Positions 54,033-64,000 of a DNA stretch of 64,000 nucleotides are shown one piece after another. Numbering within the stretch: the stretch's first letter is position 1; every line of letters starts with the position of its first letter. The notes under the pieces were generated by a model that did not search any database, was not told where the DNA came from, and saw only the letters and a program-made list of their open reading frames with translations. Made by a program: the position numbers and the translations under genes. The stretch comes from Cyanidioschyzon merolae (lineage: Eukaryota). Location: NCBI GenBank assembly GCA_000091205.1, contig AP006498.2. One strand, 5' to 3'.

Positions 54033-56687
54033 TTGGATCCAGCGAGTGGCACTGCAGCTGCTCGACGACCTGCGAGTCGGGAGATGAACGACTACAGGGC
54101 GCTGCTTCTGCGTCCATTGGTTGAAGCTGCTCCTCATGATGACGGCAACAGACGCGAGGAAGTTTCTGTTGCGCGACCGCGAGGCCTGCGCAACATCTGG
54201 GCCAGTGATGTGCAGCAAGAGTCCAATATGTTCCTCGTTACCTATGCGACATCCCTCGAAGATATCGCGGGGTTTTACTTCTATGCAGCGGCAACGAAGA
54301 GCAAAGATGAACCAGGACGCAAGTTACTGCTGGTACCGAATGTCAACCGAGCGGCGTATTGGCAATCCCTCATTGCAGAGATCGACGCACGCGAAGCGCA
54401 GCATCCAGAACTGACCATTGTTACGCCTGAGGGACTGAGCACGCCGCTCATCGCTCATACGAGCTTGCTGCTCGTTGATGGTGTCCACCTTGTGCTTGGC
54501 TTGCACGGAGACAGCTCTGAGCATTGCGCGGCTGGTGCCTCTGCCCGAAACCTCTCCGAAACAGTGGAGTTCGCAGATGCGATCACCAGATTGTTGTTCT
54601 ATCATCCAGGGAAGCTACGTGTTTTCGCACAGATGGCCGGTCCTAGTTCAGCGCGAGCTCAAACAGAACTAGTCCCATTGCTCGCTCAGTGGTTGCGATG
54701 TTCATCGGTGCGTCACATTATTCCACAGACAACGACCCCGGAACCGAGCGCCGCTTTGGAGCGTGGTGCCCATCACTGGCCCTACACGATCATACCATTT
54801 GCGGTCCCGGTGGAGCACCAGCTCGATCATGTGATCGACCAGCGACGAGAATACCTTTACGAGGTGCTGGAGGCGCACACAGGCGTGTTTGATGGGAAGG
54901 AGCAGGCGCTCGTCTTGTGCCCAACCAAACGATCCACAGAGCGCACCCTTGCCGCCCTGGCGAGTAGGCTCGCACCTCAGGGCGCAGCATGCACTGCTCC
55001 AGTGCCGTCTCTGATTCTCAGTAACGTCCCTGAAGACTCTCGCATTAAACTGGAGACGCTGGGGTCGCTCCTGCGCAACACCGAAGCACAGCGACGAGCT
55101 CTCCTCGGTATTGGTACGCTGGAGCCAGATGCTGGCGACGAGGAAAGCAGCGCGTGGTCCAGCGCGTCGAAACCCGCAGCTCACAGCGATCGCGTGCTTC
55201 TGCAAGAGCTGTTCCGCAGTGGCGCACTCCGCATCGCCGCAATGGCCATTCGGAGCGTACGCGGCCGCAACGACAAACCTGAAGGCCCCGATGTTGCAGC
55301 GAGCGCCGGCCGAGGTGCGCGGAAATCGCCGTCAACATCGATGCAGTGTGCGGATACGGCGCATGCGGTCCAACCATTCGCTACAATCGAATACATAACA
55401 CGAATTTTGGATGAAATGCACCGGTCTAAGCATGCGGTTGTTGTGGTGCTCAAGACCACGCACTGGTCGGGGTACCATGGCGAGCCAAAATCTTTCCAAG
55501 CGTCAGTGCTGCGGGCGCTCTCCCGCTGCATCTTTCGTGTCGCTGTCGAGCCGACTGGCGTCCTCGACAGAACGCGGCACTCGCAGGCTGCAATCATGCA
55601 CGTTACGTGTCAAGCTCTGCATCGCTTGATGGTTTTCACGAGCCAAAGAAGCGCCCCCTGGGTCTACTTGCATGCGACCGGAAGGCTCTTCACCGGGGAT
55701 AACCTCCCGGTAGGTGAACGCGCCGCTGAACATGAGGTAGACACCTCAGCCTGGTGGATACAGCACGTCGCCAGGACGGCTAGCCAAGGCTTGAGCTTTC
55801 GCTTGCTCCGCGAAATGAACTGCTGTGGAACACCACTGGTCGACGAAGCAGCAGCAGCAGAGTGGATGCGATACACGCTTCACGCCGCCCTGATGCATAG
55901 AGGGCAACGTACGGAGCAGGCCTCTAGACGCGGTCCCGATGCCCATGCGCGGGCCCTTGTCCGGCTGTTGGAGAACGCGGGTTGCATCCAAATGAGCGCT
56001 CCGGCGAGAACTTATGCCCTGACCATGCTCGGCCTGGCCGCTCTCAAATACCAGATCAGCCCTGAGTCCATTCTCGGCTTCATTCGTAGCGCGTATGGCA
56101 AACCTCGTTGTCTCGGTACATTCTCCTCAGACAACGCCGCGGAACATCGTCACTGCATCGGGATCGCCGCACCGCGGCCAACTGCACGAATCGTCTTCGA
56201 TCCGCATCGCCATCAGCCACGATGTCGAGCTGTCATCGAACTCCTCTATTACGTATGCCATGCAGGTGCAGAGCGTGAGCTCCGGGATGCTGATATGGTA
56301 CTGCACCAGATCAGAGATCGAGGTCTTCGGCCAGAGCAAGCCATTCCTTTCACACTCCATGAAATGAATCCGGCGCGCCTGCAAAAGGGCGAAGCGGTCT
56401 TTCTCGTTGTTCAGCTCTGGATGGCTACAGCTGAGCCACCGCATGCGAGAACGATCTTTGAGGCCGTTCTCGCCATGGTGCATTGCCTCTGCGCCGCGAT
56501 CAGCGAGCGCCCTGCGCTCTATCGCCAAAGCATCATCGCGACGCTCGCTTCGTGGATGGAAAAGTTTCGCAACGGTGCTCATCACTGGGTGCGCGCTCCG
56601 AGTGATACGCCTCGAGCGCTTTTGGAGCAGTGCCTGATCGCATGGACCAGGTACACTCACGCACCGAAAGATGCTGATGCCCGTTGA
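54033..56687 (+). CDS. Large hypothetical protein (884 aa); weak resemblance to a degenerate DExH/Ski2-like helicase core, without a Walker A motif
   Basis: A 2.65-kb open frame in GC-rich DNA is unlikely to arise by chance. LLLVDGVHLV resembles helicase motif II (DExH with E replaced by G), and VLCPTKRSTERTLAAL resembles the start of a helicase C-domain. No P-loop is visible. Product unassigned. Confidence 0.45.
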   Translation: MDPASGTAAARRPASREMNDYRALLLRPLVEAAPHDDGNRREEVSVARPRGLRNIWASDVQQESNMFLVTYATSLEDIAGFYFYAAATKSKDEPGRKLLLVPNVNRAAYWQSLIAEIDAREAQHPELTIVTPEGLSTPLIAHTSLLLVDGVHLVLGLHGDSSEHCAAGASARNLSETVEFADAITRLLFYHPGKLRVFAQMAGPSSARAQTELVPLLAQWLRCSSVRHIIPQTTTPEPSAALERGAHHWPYTIIPFAVPVEHQLDHVIDQRREYLYEVLEAHTGVFDGKEQALVLCPTKRSTERTLAALASRLAPQGAACTAPVPSLILSNVPEDSRIKLETLGSLLRNTEAQRRALLGIGTLEPDAGDEESSAWSSASKPAAHSDRVLLQELFRSGALRIAAMAIRSVRGRNDKPEGPDVAASAGRGARKSPSTSMQCADTAHAVQPFATIEYITRILDEMHRSKHAVVVVLKTTHWSGYHGEPKSFQASVLRALSRCIFRVAVEPTGVLDRTRHSQAAIMHVTCQALHRLMVFTSQRSAPWVYLHATGRLFTGDNLPVGERAAEHEVDTSAWWIQHVARTASQGLSFRLLREMNCCGTPLVDEAAAAEWMRYTLHAALMHRGQRTEQASRRGPDAHARALVRLLENAGCIQMSAPARTYALTMLGLAALKYQISPESILGFIRSAYGKPRCLGTFSSDNAAEHRHCIGIAAPRPTARIVFDPHRHQPRCRAVIELLYYVCHAGAERELRDADMVLHQIRDRGLRPEQAIPFTLHEMNPARLQKGEAVFLVVQLWMATAEPPHARTIFEAVLAMVHCLCAAISERPALYRQSIIATLASWMEKFRNGAHHWVRAPSDTPRALLEQCLIAWTRYTHAPKDADAR

Positions 56688-56823
56688 CCAAATACGGTGC
56701 TTAGAGGTCCACTCGGATGTCGATGTGCGTCAAACGAGCTTCCTCCTCGCGATCGCATGACCGGTTCGCATCATTGCTCGTTAGTCGAACACGGTGTTTC
56801 GCTTTGCACTTGGATGTCGATCT

Positions 56824-58113
56824 TCATAAAGCGAGATTCTTTCTCGGTATCTTATGGCTTCTTTGCACATCCGGGGAATCGTCTTGCGAGAGCGCATAGC
56901 CCAGCGTTCCTCCAAAGACGAGCAGCAAGGACATCCATTGGAAGCCGTGCATCTTCGTACCGAAAAGCTGCGCGCTTAGCAAAAAGTTCGCTAGTTTCCG
57001 GAGCGCGGTTACAAGCTGAACATAGAGGATGCTACGGCTGGTGACCTGCATCTGGATCACACTTCGCATACATAAATACTGTGTCATGGTGTTCACCATG
57101 AGAAGCAGCTCACCAGGAGTTCCGCCGCCAGCACCGGATAGCGGCACTGGTGCACGCCAGAGAAGTTTCATGTTTTTCACGAGGGATGCCTGCTCCATCT
57201 CCTGCGCCTGTATTAGAAAAAGCAGCACAGCCACCCAGTGCTGCATGCATAGCAGCTCTGACCTGGTAAGAGTATCGCCAGTAGCACCAGGTCTCGGGGC
57301 AATCAAAAGCTGTTGTAGTATCCCCATGACGGGTGAAAGGAAGCAGTTCACCACAAGCAGAAAGATACCTACCCAGAGGGAAGCCGATGCCCTGAGTGCA
57401 TCCCGCCTCGACTGACTCAGTGTCCCGGTTGCCTGCAGGGCAAGAGCCGCCCACACCAGCCCAGCGGACACGAGAAGCACGCAAATATACTGCACTGCGG
57501 TGTAGCGTTTTCGCTGGAAAATCACGGATAGAATCAACGTCGCAACTAGCGTGCCGGCACGGGAGACGTGCACGAGCTGGATAGATACGCCCAGCTCAAC
57601 AGAGAGGTTTATAAGGAACGCCGTTCCATAGAAAGTGAGAAAATAACCCATGAAGAGCGCCCACGTGCGAGGGCTGTGCAGGCGGTACCTCTGCTGCTGA
57701 CGCCAGTGGGTGCGGAGCTCACGAGCCGCCTGCGGCGTCGTGAGTAGTGCAACGCCCAGCATTTGGACGAAGCTGATAAGCTGGCCTGCATCTCTCGCAT
57801 ATCGCACGCCTATCTCATAGGAGTACGCGTTCAACGAGCATGAGGTCAGCGTCCACCAAGCCGCGTGCAGCGCGTCACAGTTCATCGTGAGCGCGGAACC
57901 GTGCTGCGGAGAACAAGACCCTACAGTTTCGACTAGGAACGCGTTGCCCACGAAACCTATGCACCACTTGGTATTTTGCTGCAAACAATACAGCGGTTTG
58001 TCTTCGGACGGCGCTAGCTCCGTCAGTTGCGATGACGCGCAAAATATCTTTCGCAACACCAGCGATACTGGCAGGCAGTAGACGCTTTCGAGGTCAAATG
58101 GAATGCTGCCCAC
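56824..58113 (-). CDS. Polytopic membrane transporter, drug/metabolite-transporter superfamily-like (possibly a nucleotide-sugar transporter)
   Basis: A 429-aa ORF with about 9-10 hydrophobic segments (FMGYFLTFYGTAFLINLSV, VATLILSVIF, ICVLLVSAGLVWAALAL, VGIFLLVVNCFLSPVMGILQQLLI, VAVLLFLI, LLLVFGGTLGYAL). The family assignment is by eye and is low confidence. Confidence 0.45.
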   Translation of the reverse strand: MGSIPFDLESVYCLPVSLVLRKIFCASSQLTELAPSEDKPLYCLQQNTKWCIGFVGNAFLVETVGSCSPQHGSALTMNCDALHAAWWTLTSCSLNAYSYEIGVRYARDAGQLISFVQMLGVALLTTPQAARELRTHWRQQQRYRLHSPRTWALFMGYFLTFYGTAFLINLSVELGVSIQLVHVSRAGTLVATLILSVIFQRKRYTAVQYICVLLVSAGLVWAALALQATGTLSQSRRDALRASASLWVGIFLLVVNCFLSPVMGILQQLLIAPRPGATGDTLTRSELLCMQHWVAVLLFLIQAQEMEQASLVKNMKLLWRAPVPLSGAGGGTPGELLLMVNTMTQYLCMRSVIQMQVTSRSILYVQLVTALRKLANFLLSAQLFGTKMHGFQWMSLLLVFGGTLGYALSQDDSPDVQRSHKIPRKNLAL

Positions 58114-59150
58114 TGCTGTCTACGAGCATGGCACCCGAAAACTCGCCAGATGAGAGCTCCATGGTGCTCCGAACGTGTTGACGCTTTGCTTTCCGGAATT
58201 CGCGGTTGGTGTTCTGGACGCAGCCTCGGGACGTGGGTGCCACTGGTGCACGCTTGGATGCTAGTGCGCGCAGTTCGTGCACCGTGACGCTATGCTGGAA
58301 TGTGTGATCATTGCGAACAGCTCATCTGGCTATCGATGAAAAACACCCACGCTCGCTGCGACACCTGCTTCCCGAGGAAGCACGTACGTGCTACAGCGGG
58401 TCCAAGTCATAGATTTCAGTGTTTTGATTTACGAGCATCCGGATTTCATTGCGTTTCACAAGTCCAGCAGTGCAATACGGTGGCGTCCTTGAGTTTCCAA
58501 ACTGGTCGATGCTCTACTGCGCAGCGTTCCGAAATCCGTCTGAGCTGTGTTTCCAGCCCCAGTGGTCGCACATGCGAGCAAGTACATGCGCACAGGGTAA
58601 ACGCTGTGTGCATTCACGTCGCGCGCTACATTAAGGGATTTTACGGCGGTAGCGACACAATCCCAGAGACAACATAACGCCGGGTAGGCATGGCATTTCT
58701 CCACAGACGCGCACACACTCAGCAGCAGCGGACGCGCGGGGATCGCTTCCGACGCATGCCGCTGTGTTCAAAACGGTGTGCGGGTGCGGCGGGTGCGGCG
58801 GCTGCGACACAAGTTCGTGCGCCAGGCAGACGCTGGTACCTGCACGCAAACAGAACTCAGGAAGCACCAAGGGCTCGTGCTGCCCTTTGCGTGCAGCACA
58901 CCTGATCGATGCGCGTCCAGAGCGCATGACTTGCGCGCACAACACGAAGAGAGACCACAATCCACTGCGGACGTCATGGGAATGGCTTTAGAAAAAATGG
59001 TGTCATTTGAAGGCTCTGCTGATGCGTAGCATCGAGAATCTGGCCGGCGCCGGGCACTCCGCCGCGGAGGAACCAAGCTTTCCAGCATGCGTTCGTCGCC
59101 CTCCGTGGGCAGGCGGGTTCGAGCAAGGCGCTTGCACACAAGACATGCGG

Positions 59151-59936
59151 TTACGCCTTTGCTTCCCCTTCACCGTCACCCTCATTTCCACGAGCCTCTT
59201 CCTCATCGCCGCCGATATCCGAAGTCCAAAGGGTCAAATTGTCGCGCAAGAGCTGCATGATCAGAGTGCTATCCTTGTAAGACTCTTCGCTCAGTGTATC
59301 CAGCTCCGAAATGGCCTCGTCGAAAGCGTCCTTTGCTAGTTTGCAGGCGCGATCCGGAGAGTTCAAGATTTCGTAATAAAACACCGAGAAATTGAGTGCA
59401 AGGCCCAGGCGAATCGGGTGCGTCGGGGCCAGCTCCGTCATCGCGATATCCGTGGCGGCCCGGTACGCCTCCAGGCTCTTCTCCGCAGAAATCTTGCGAT
59501 CCTGCTCTGAGCTGAACTCTGCGAGGTAACGATGGTAATCTCCCTCCATTTTCAGGTAGAACACTTTCGATTCACCCGTCTTGGCGCTCGGAATCAAATT
59601 ATTCTTCAAGATTTCCAATATTTCTTTGCATATTTCCGCAAGTTCCGCCTCGATCTTCATACGGTATTCCCTATTGATTGCAACGTGCTCGGTGTTCCCC
59701 TTTGCTTCTTCTTTCTGTTCGATCGAGGAGATGATGCGCCACGACGCTCGCCGGGCCCCAATAACGTTCTTGTAAGCGACTGAGAGAAGGTTTCGTTCCT
59801 CTACCGTAAGCTCCGGAGTGTTCGCGTTCGTCTGCAGAGCAACCTGCCTCATCTGCTCAACCATCTCATCGTAACGCTCGGCTTGTTCCGCGAGCTTGGC
59901 GAGGTAAATTGCCTTCTCACGTGCTGCTTGATCCAT
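59151..59936 (-). CDS. 14-3-3 protein
   Basis: [126 protein letters not shown]. The full 14-3-3 signature is present, with an acidic C-terminal tail. Start is taken at MDQAARE. Confidence 0.9.
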   Translation of the reverse strand: MDQAAREKAIYLAKLAEQAERYDEMVEQMRQVALQTNANTPELTVEERNLLSVAYKNVIGARRASWRIISSIEQKEEAKGNTEHVAINREYRMKIEAELAEICKEILEILKNNLIPSAKTGESKVFYLKMEGDYHRYLAEFSSEQDRKISAEKSLEAYRAATDIAMTELAPTHPIRLGLALNFSVFYYEILNSPDRACKLAKDAFDEAISELDTLSEESYKDSTLIMQLLRDNLTLWTSDIGGDEEEARGNEGDGEGEAKA

Positions 59937-60303
59937 CAAAAAAGCGTGGTACTTGCTTTCAAACAAAATCGTTCAGTGCCAGAACTTGGGGCAGAAGCTT
60001 TGGTCTATGGATAGATCGCTAGATCGGCTCGCTTCCGAAAAGACACTTTCTCACCCGGTTTGGTGCTAGACCTCTTGCCAGGTAGACGCGGTACGCTTGG
60101 AGGACGCGATAACGTCCCACAAGTGCAGCGCTTGCGCATGTTCTAGCGCGCACACCATGCAGACGGGCGGTCGTATAACCGCCCAGAATCGAACATACCG
60201 GACATCAGTAACGTTGCCGCGGTGCAAGCATCCCCACTGACCGGCTGGCCTGCAGCCGGCGATGATGCGCCAATTGAACGTGATCGCGCGTGTGCGGTTT
60301 ACC

Positions 60304-60306
60304 TGC

Positions 60307-60340
<34 letters not shown>
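60304..60340. repeat. (CCAG)n tetranucleotide microsatellite, about 9 units
   Basis: The run cccagccagccagccagccagccagccagccagccacc is visible in the DNA. Confidence 0.9.
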
Positions 60341-60350
<10 letters not shown>

Positions 60351-61859
60351 ACTTTATTTCGATGACAAAACGTTTACATTGACCATGGATACCTGATTTC
60401 CGGGTGGGTGTTCGTAATCGAAAAGGCGTCCATCATGATGCACCCTATCTCCAAGCTCCGTTACGTATACTTCCTCTAGGATGTAATGGTCGTTTCGTAC
60501 GTTCAATCGTTCGTCAGGTGCCTGCCTTGCTGCACCCGCAATCGCAGCTATGCCGCTTGTGCAGATCCATCACGGAGGCAGAACGCCTTTGTCGCATCAC
60601 TGAGGGTGTCTTAACGAGGCGTGATTCATTCAACAAGGGGTCGGAGTACGTGATCATTCTGAGAGCCTGCATGCTGCGCAGACAGACCTTGTACCTGCGG
60701 CAGCGGGAAGCGACGTACTAGGAGTCCACTGCGACCAGGGCGATGCCCAGACACGCAGCATACCCGCTCCGAGCCCCAAAATAACCTGCGTTTCGGACGA
60801 GTTGCTCAGGTCTCGCTAAAGCACTCGCCAACGGGGGAGAGTACGACGAATTAGCCTACCAGACTTGTCCGGCGCGCAGGACCTTCCGCCAATAAGGTAA
60901 ACGTTCCACAGTATGAAAACCTTTTCCCTCTTTTACCGTTTATCGTAGTTGGGGAGAGAAACTGTCATCTCGTTGGCAATGACTCGTTTGTCTCTGCTCT
61001 TTGTTCCACGGCACTGATTTCGAACGGAATTGACAACAGCCGAAAGACACGGAGGGTCGCTGGAAAAAACATTGAAAGAAAACAAACCAGTCACAAACCA
61101 TTTATCACAGAACAACTATCTTGAAGCCGCACACACCACGCCCGCCTAAGAGGTCTAGTTTTTCCGGAGAAGCTCTAAAAATGGGTTAACGCGGGGTGTT
61201 CGGGCGATAGGAAGGAAGCCCACGACAAGGTCCTTGACCGCAATGCACGGAGGCGCGGAGGCAGTAGCACCAGAAAATATGGACGAGAGTTCTGAGCAGT
61301 CATCCGCCCCTCCCGAAACAACGCTGTAGGTTCGGGCACAAATACTGGATCAATCCTTGAATTCGGGCTCAGTTTAACCCTCTACCTTGGGTACCTACCT
61401 CAACTTTGGAAACAATCTCGGCGGATGCTTTGGAAGACGGCTGGCAGTATGTTCGCGATCGATGCTGGAACAAACGACTTGCCCGCCTATGTGTTTGGGG
61501 AGCGGATGCGAAGCCGCTGAAAAGGTGGTTTGCAGACTGTTCCCAGTGATTGAGGGGAGCTTCACGCGTCCGGCAAGATAAAGGTCGCATTCGAATCGAC
61601 CTTGACTAATGTACCTCTGATTCTATGCTAGCGCTGCGCCAAGCACTCAATGAACGACTGGAATGCGGGAGGCGCTGGTGGCATGTGCGTTCACACACCC
61701 CGTCGAGGGTACATCTAAATCGACAACGTATCTCTGGAGCACCGCAGCGTTACTCCTATTCCCTTGTGCGCTACGACTCTATAGGTTTCGCATCATGGAA
61801 TATTTGCGGGATAGCCTCGGAATTGAGCTACGAAATATCGAATTACCAGTAGAGTAAAG

Positions 61860-64000
61860 AGGAACTTATACAAGTGGAGGACTCTGCGTTAGGAAAAGAG
61901 ACCCAACCAGATGCGGAGAAGGAGGCAAAAAGTCCTCATGATCCACCTAGATGCAAAATAACCAGAGAAAGCAGCTCAGGAAAGAGCCCGAAGAAGAAGA
62001 AGACCAACAAGAAAAGACAGAAGAATAGAGAGAAGAACTCCTGAACGAGCCCATCATGAGTGATCCCCCGAAAGGGCACCCCAGCGGGAACTCAAGAGAG
62101 CCGTCGCCAAACCGAGTCACCTACTCACAGCGCTGACGATCCGAAAAGCCGTGCATGCAAATCTTTTGACCAATTGGCACGCGAGTATGTAGATGGGAAT
62201 CAGAAGATTGCCAGAGAACTGGGACTGCTTGCACCAGAACGCAACAGTAGCAAGCCGCAGTACCTCAAACGACTTACCAAAACTCGGATTGATGAATGCC
62301 ACCGACTCTATGAGATCGTCAACCGCACCGCCGTACGCGCCAACGCCGGAGACAAGGAAGCGAAGGCAGCGCTACCGGCGCTACAGGCGCAACATGAGGA
62401 CGCTATCGAAAGAACGAAAAAACGTTCCAGAGAAGACAAACGAGAGGATCGAAACCGCAAAATCGCCTCCCTAGCGAAATCTATGCTAGAGAGCACCAAC
62501 GAAGATGAGACCTGGCGCTCCATTCGATCGCGACTCGACCCACCAAAAAAGTGCTTGGGGCTCACACCAATTCTGTATAAGGAAGAGCTGAGGACGGAGA
62601 GTGCCTTAGTGAATGAGGCCTGGATAGACCACGGGACAGAGCTGCATGAAGACGCAACTGGGCACTGCCAAGACCCAATCTATTGGCACCAATATGCCGC
62701 AGAACTACCGCGCCTCGACCCGGTACCGGTATGGAACGACCCAATCTTCTGGCCTGAATCTGTCCGGACCCTCTTAAGGTCATGCAACCGCAAAACACCT
62801 GGCTTTAACGGTATCGCGGCGGAGTGGATGAAACTGGTGACCCCAAAAGACGGGACAACAGGGACACCGTCGATACCAGATGAACCTGACACAAGCTTAG
62901 GCAAACGCCTTGTGGAGCTCATCCAAGGCATGTTCGAAGAAGCGTACATCCCGGATGTATGGAGGACTGCCGAGGTCGTACCGATCCTCAAAAAGGACTC
63001 CCACATACACAGACATGAACAACTACCGGCCTATCGGCCTCATCCCGTCAATCATGAAGCTACTTTTGCGCCAACCTCACGAACCGGATCCAGAGGCGCC
63101 TCGAGGAACGCAAGTTCTTCGCCCCAGGGAGGGCTGGATTCCGGAGCCGCGAGGAGTGCATGAGCCATTTCCTGACCCTCACTGAAGTGGCGCAACGTCG
63201 CTTTATTCGTGACCGACAACCAACTTACGTATGCTTCATTGACTTCCAAAAGGCCTTTGACACGGTCCCGCACGAGGCTCCATTTCTGAAGATGGAACGA
63301 GCCGGAGTCTCCGGAAAGTGCTTGGCGTTCTTCAGTGCGCTCTATGCAGACTCGCGGATGCGCATCCGACTGGGCGACAGCTCAAGAACCCCTTCCAGAA
63401 GAATCCACCGTGGACTGCGACAGGGCGAGCGCGCATCCCCGCTCCTTTTCAACATCTTCATCAACGATCCGCTGAAAAACTGCAGACAATACGGGCTTGA
63501 GGTGCCGTGGATAGACTGTGGAGATGCCCGATGAGGAGCCCTCACATGGGAACCGCCTCGCAGGCCTTCTATTTGCGGACGATGTCGTGCTGTTGGCACC
63601 CGCCCCGGAAACACTTGCGGGTAGCATGGAACAAGTCAGCGACTGGGCCGATCGCTGGGAGATGAGCATAGGAGCATCGAAGTGCGGCGTCATGCTCATC
63701 CATGGAGACTCGCAGCGCATTCGCAATCGCTCGTGGCGGTTGCAGAATCAGGAAATTCCGATCGTGGAAAACTATCGCTACCTGGGGGTCGGTCTAACGC
63801 CGACGATCGACGAAAAGGCACACGTCGACGAGATGATCGCCAAGATGCATAGACGTACAGCGATCGCACGCCCATTCTTATCCGACCCCTCTATCTGCAT
63901 AGCAATCCGTACGAGGGCACGAAGGATGTGTATCATCCAGCCTGCGACCTGGGGTGCTGAATGGTGCGGCATAAAGCACCCAAATGCCTCACGTCTGCAG
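61860..64000 (+). mobile_element. Non-LTR (LINE) retrotransposon fragment: reverse-transcriptase region with frameshifts, 5'-truncated and running off the window end
   Basis: PGFNGIAAEWMKLV...VWRTAEVVPILKKDSHIHRHE-NYRPIGLIPSIMKLL; then, after frameshifts, FIDFQKAFDTVPHE, GLRQGERASPLLFNIFINDPL, GLLFADDVVLLAPAPETLAGSMEQVSDWADRWEMSIGASKCGVMLIHG. RT motifs 0 to 7 appear in order across three reading frames. Confidence 0.7.

Noticed and set aside
60304-60340. Telomere-like or satellite array
   Set aside because: It is a single short (CCAG)n microsatellite of about 9 units, internal to the window, without higher-order repeats.

Overview
The 64-kb window reads as compact eukaryotic nuclear DNA, about 55% GC, with long uninterrupted ORFs and few or no introns. 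It is probably from a plastid-bearing alga, because several proteins carry transit-peptide-like N-terminal extensions and one carries a twin-arginine lumen signal. Confidently recognisable genes are: a 3-beta-hydroxysteroid / sterol-4-alpha-carboxylate dehydrogenase, a fused trehalose-6-phosphate synthase/phosphatase, profilin, a DEAD-box helicase, a ribosomal-S18-domain protein, a GET3/ArsA ATPase, a plastid-type ferritin, an FG-repeat nucleoporin, alpha-SNAP, protein phosphatase methylesterase-1, an MFS transporter, a Myb/SANT protein, a Tat-signal TPM-domain lumen protein, imidazoleglycerol-phosphate dehydratase, a tandem two-domain ArsA ATPase, a 14-3-3 protein, and one large unannotatable protein. 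Interleaved with these is a dense set of mobile-element remnants. The main finding is a family of Fanzor/TnpB-like elements, i.e. eukaryotic OMEGA-type RuvC nucleases. There is one near-full-length copy at 24658-27010 on the minus strand (about 730 aa reconstructed, interrupted by two in-frame stops and a frameshift). There are at least five internally deleted miniature or partial copies: 561-1095, 6811-8100, 31160-31790, 35978-36575 and 43835-44420. The miniatures keep both termini, the start codon, the zinc-finger/RuvC-III coding tail and a structured 3' non-coding module with two hairpins that show compensatory changes. This family recurs next to remnants of a Tc1/mariner-like DDE transposon (most complete copy 39040-40560) and an unclassified repeat (2095-2830, 8905-9650), always in the same order and orientation. 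A pair of 99.5%-identical 550-bp direct repeats (21454-22000 and 29893-30443) brackets an 8.4-kb segment holding GET3, the full-length Fanzor-like copy and ferritin. A frameshifted non-LTR retrotransposon reverse-transcriptase fragment runs off the window end (61860-64000). No rRNA, tRNA or CRISPR array could be supported. Everything rests on reading the translated ORFs and the DNA by eye; no database search was run.
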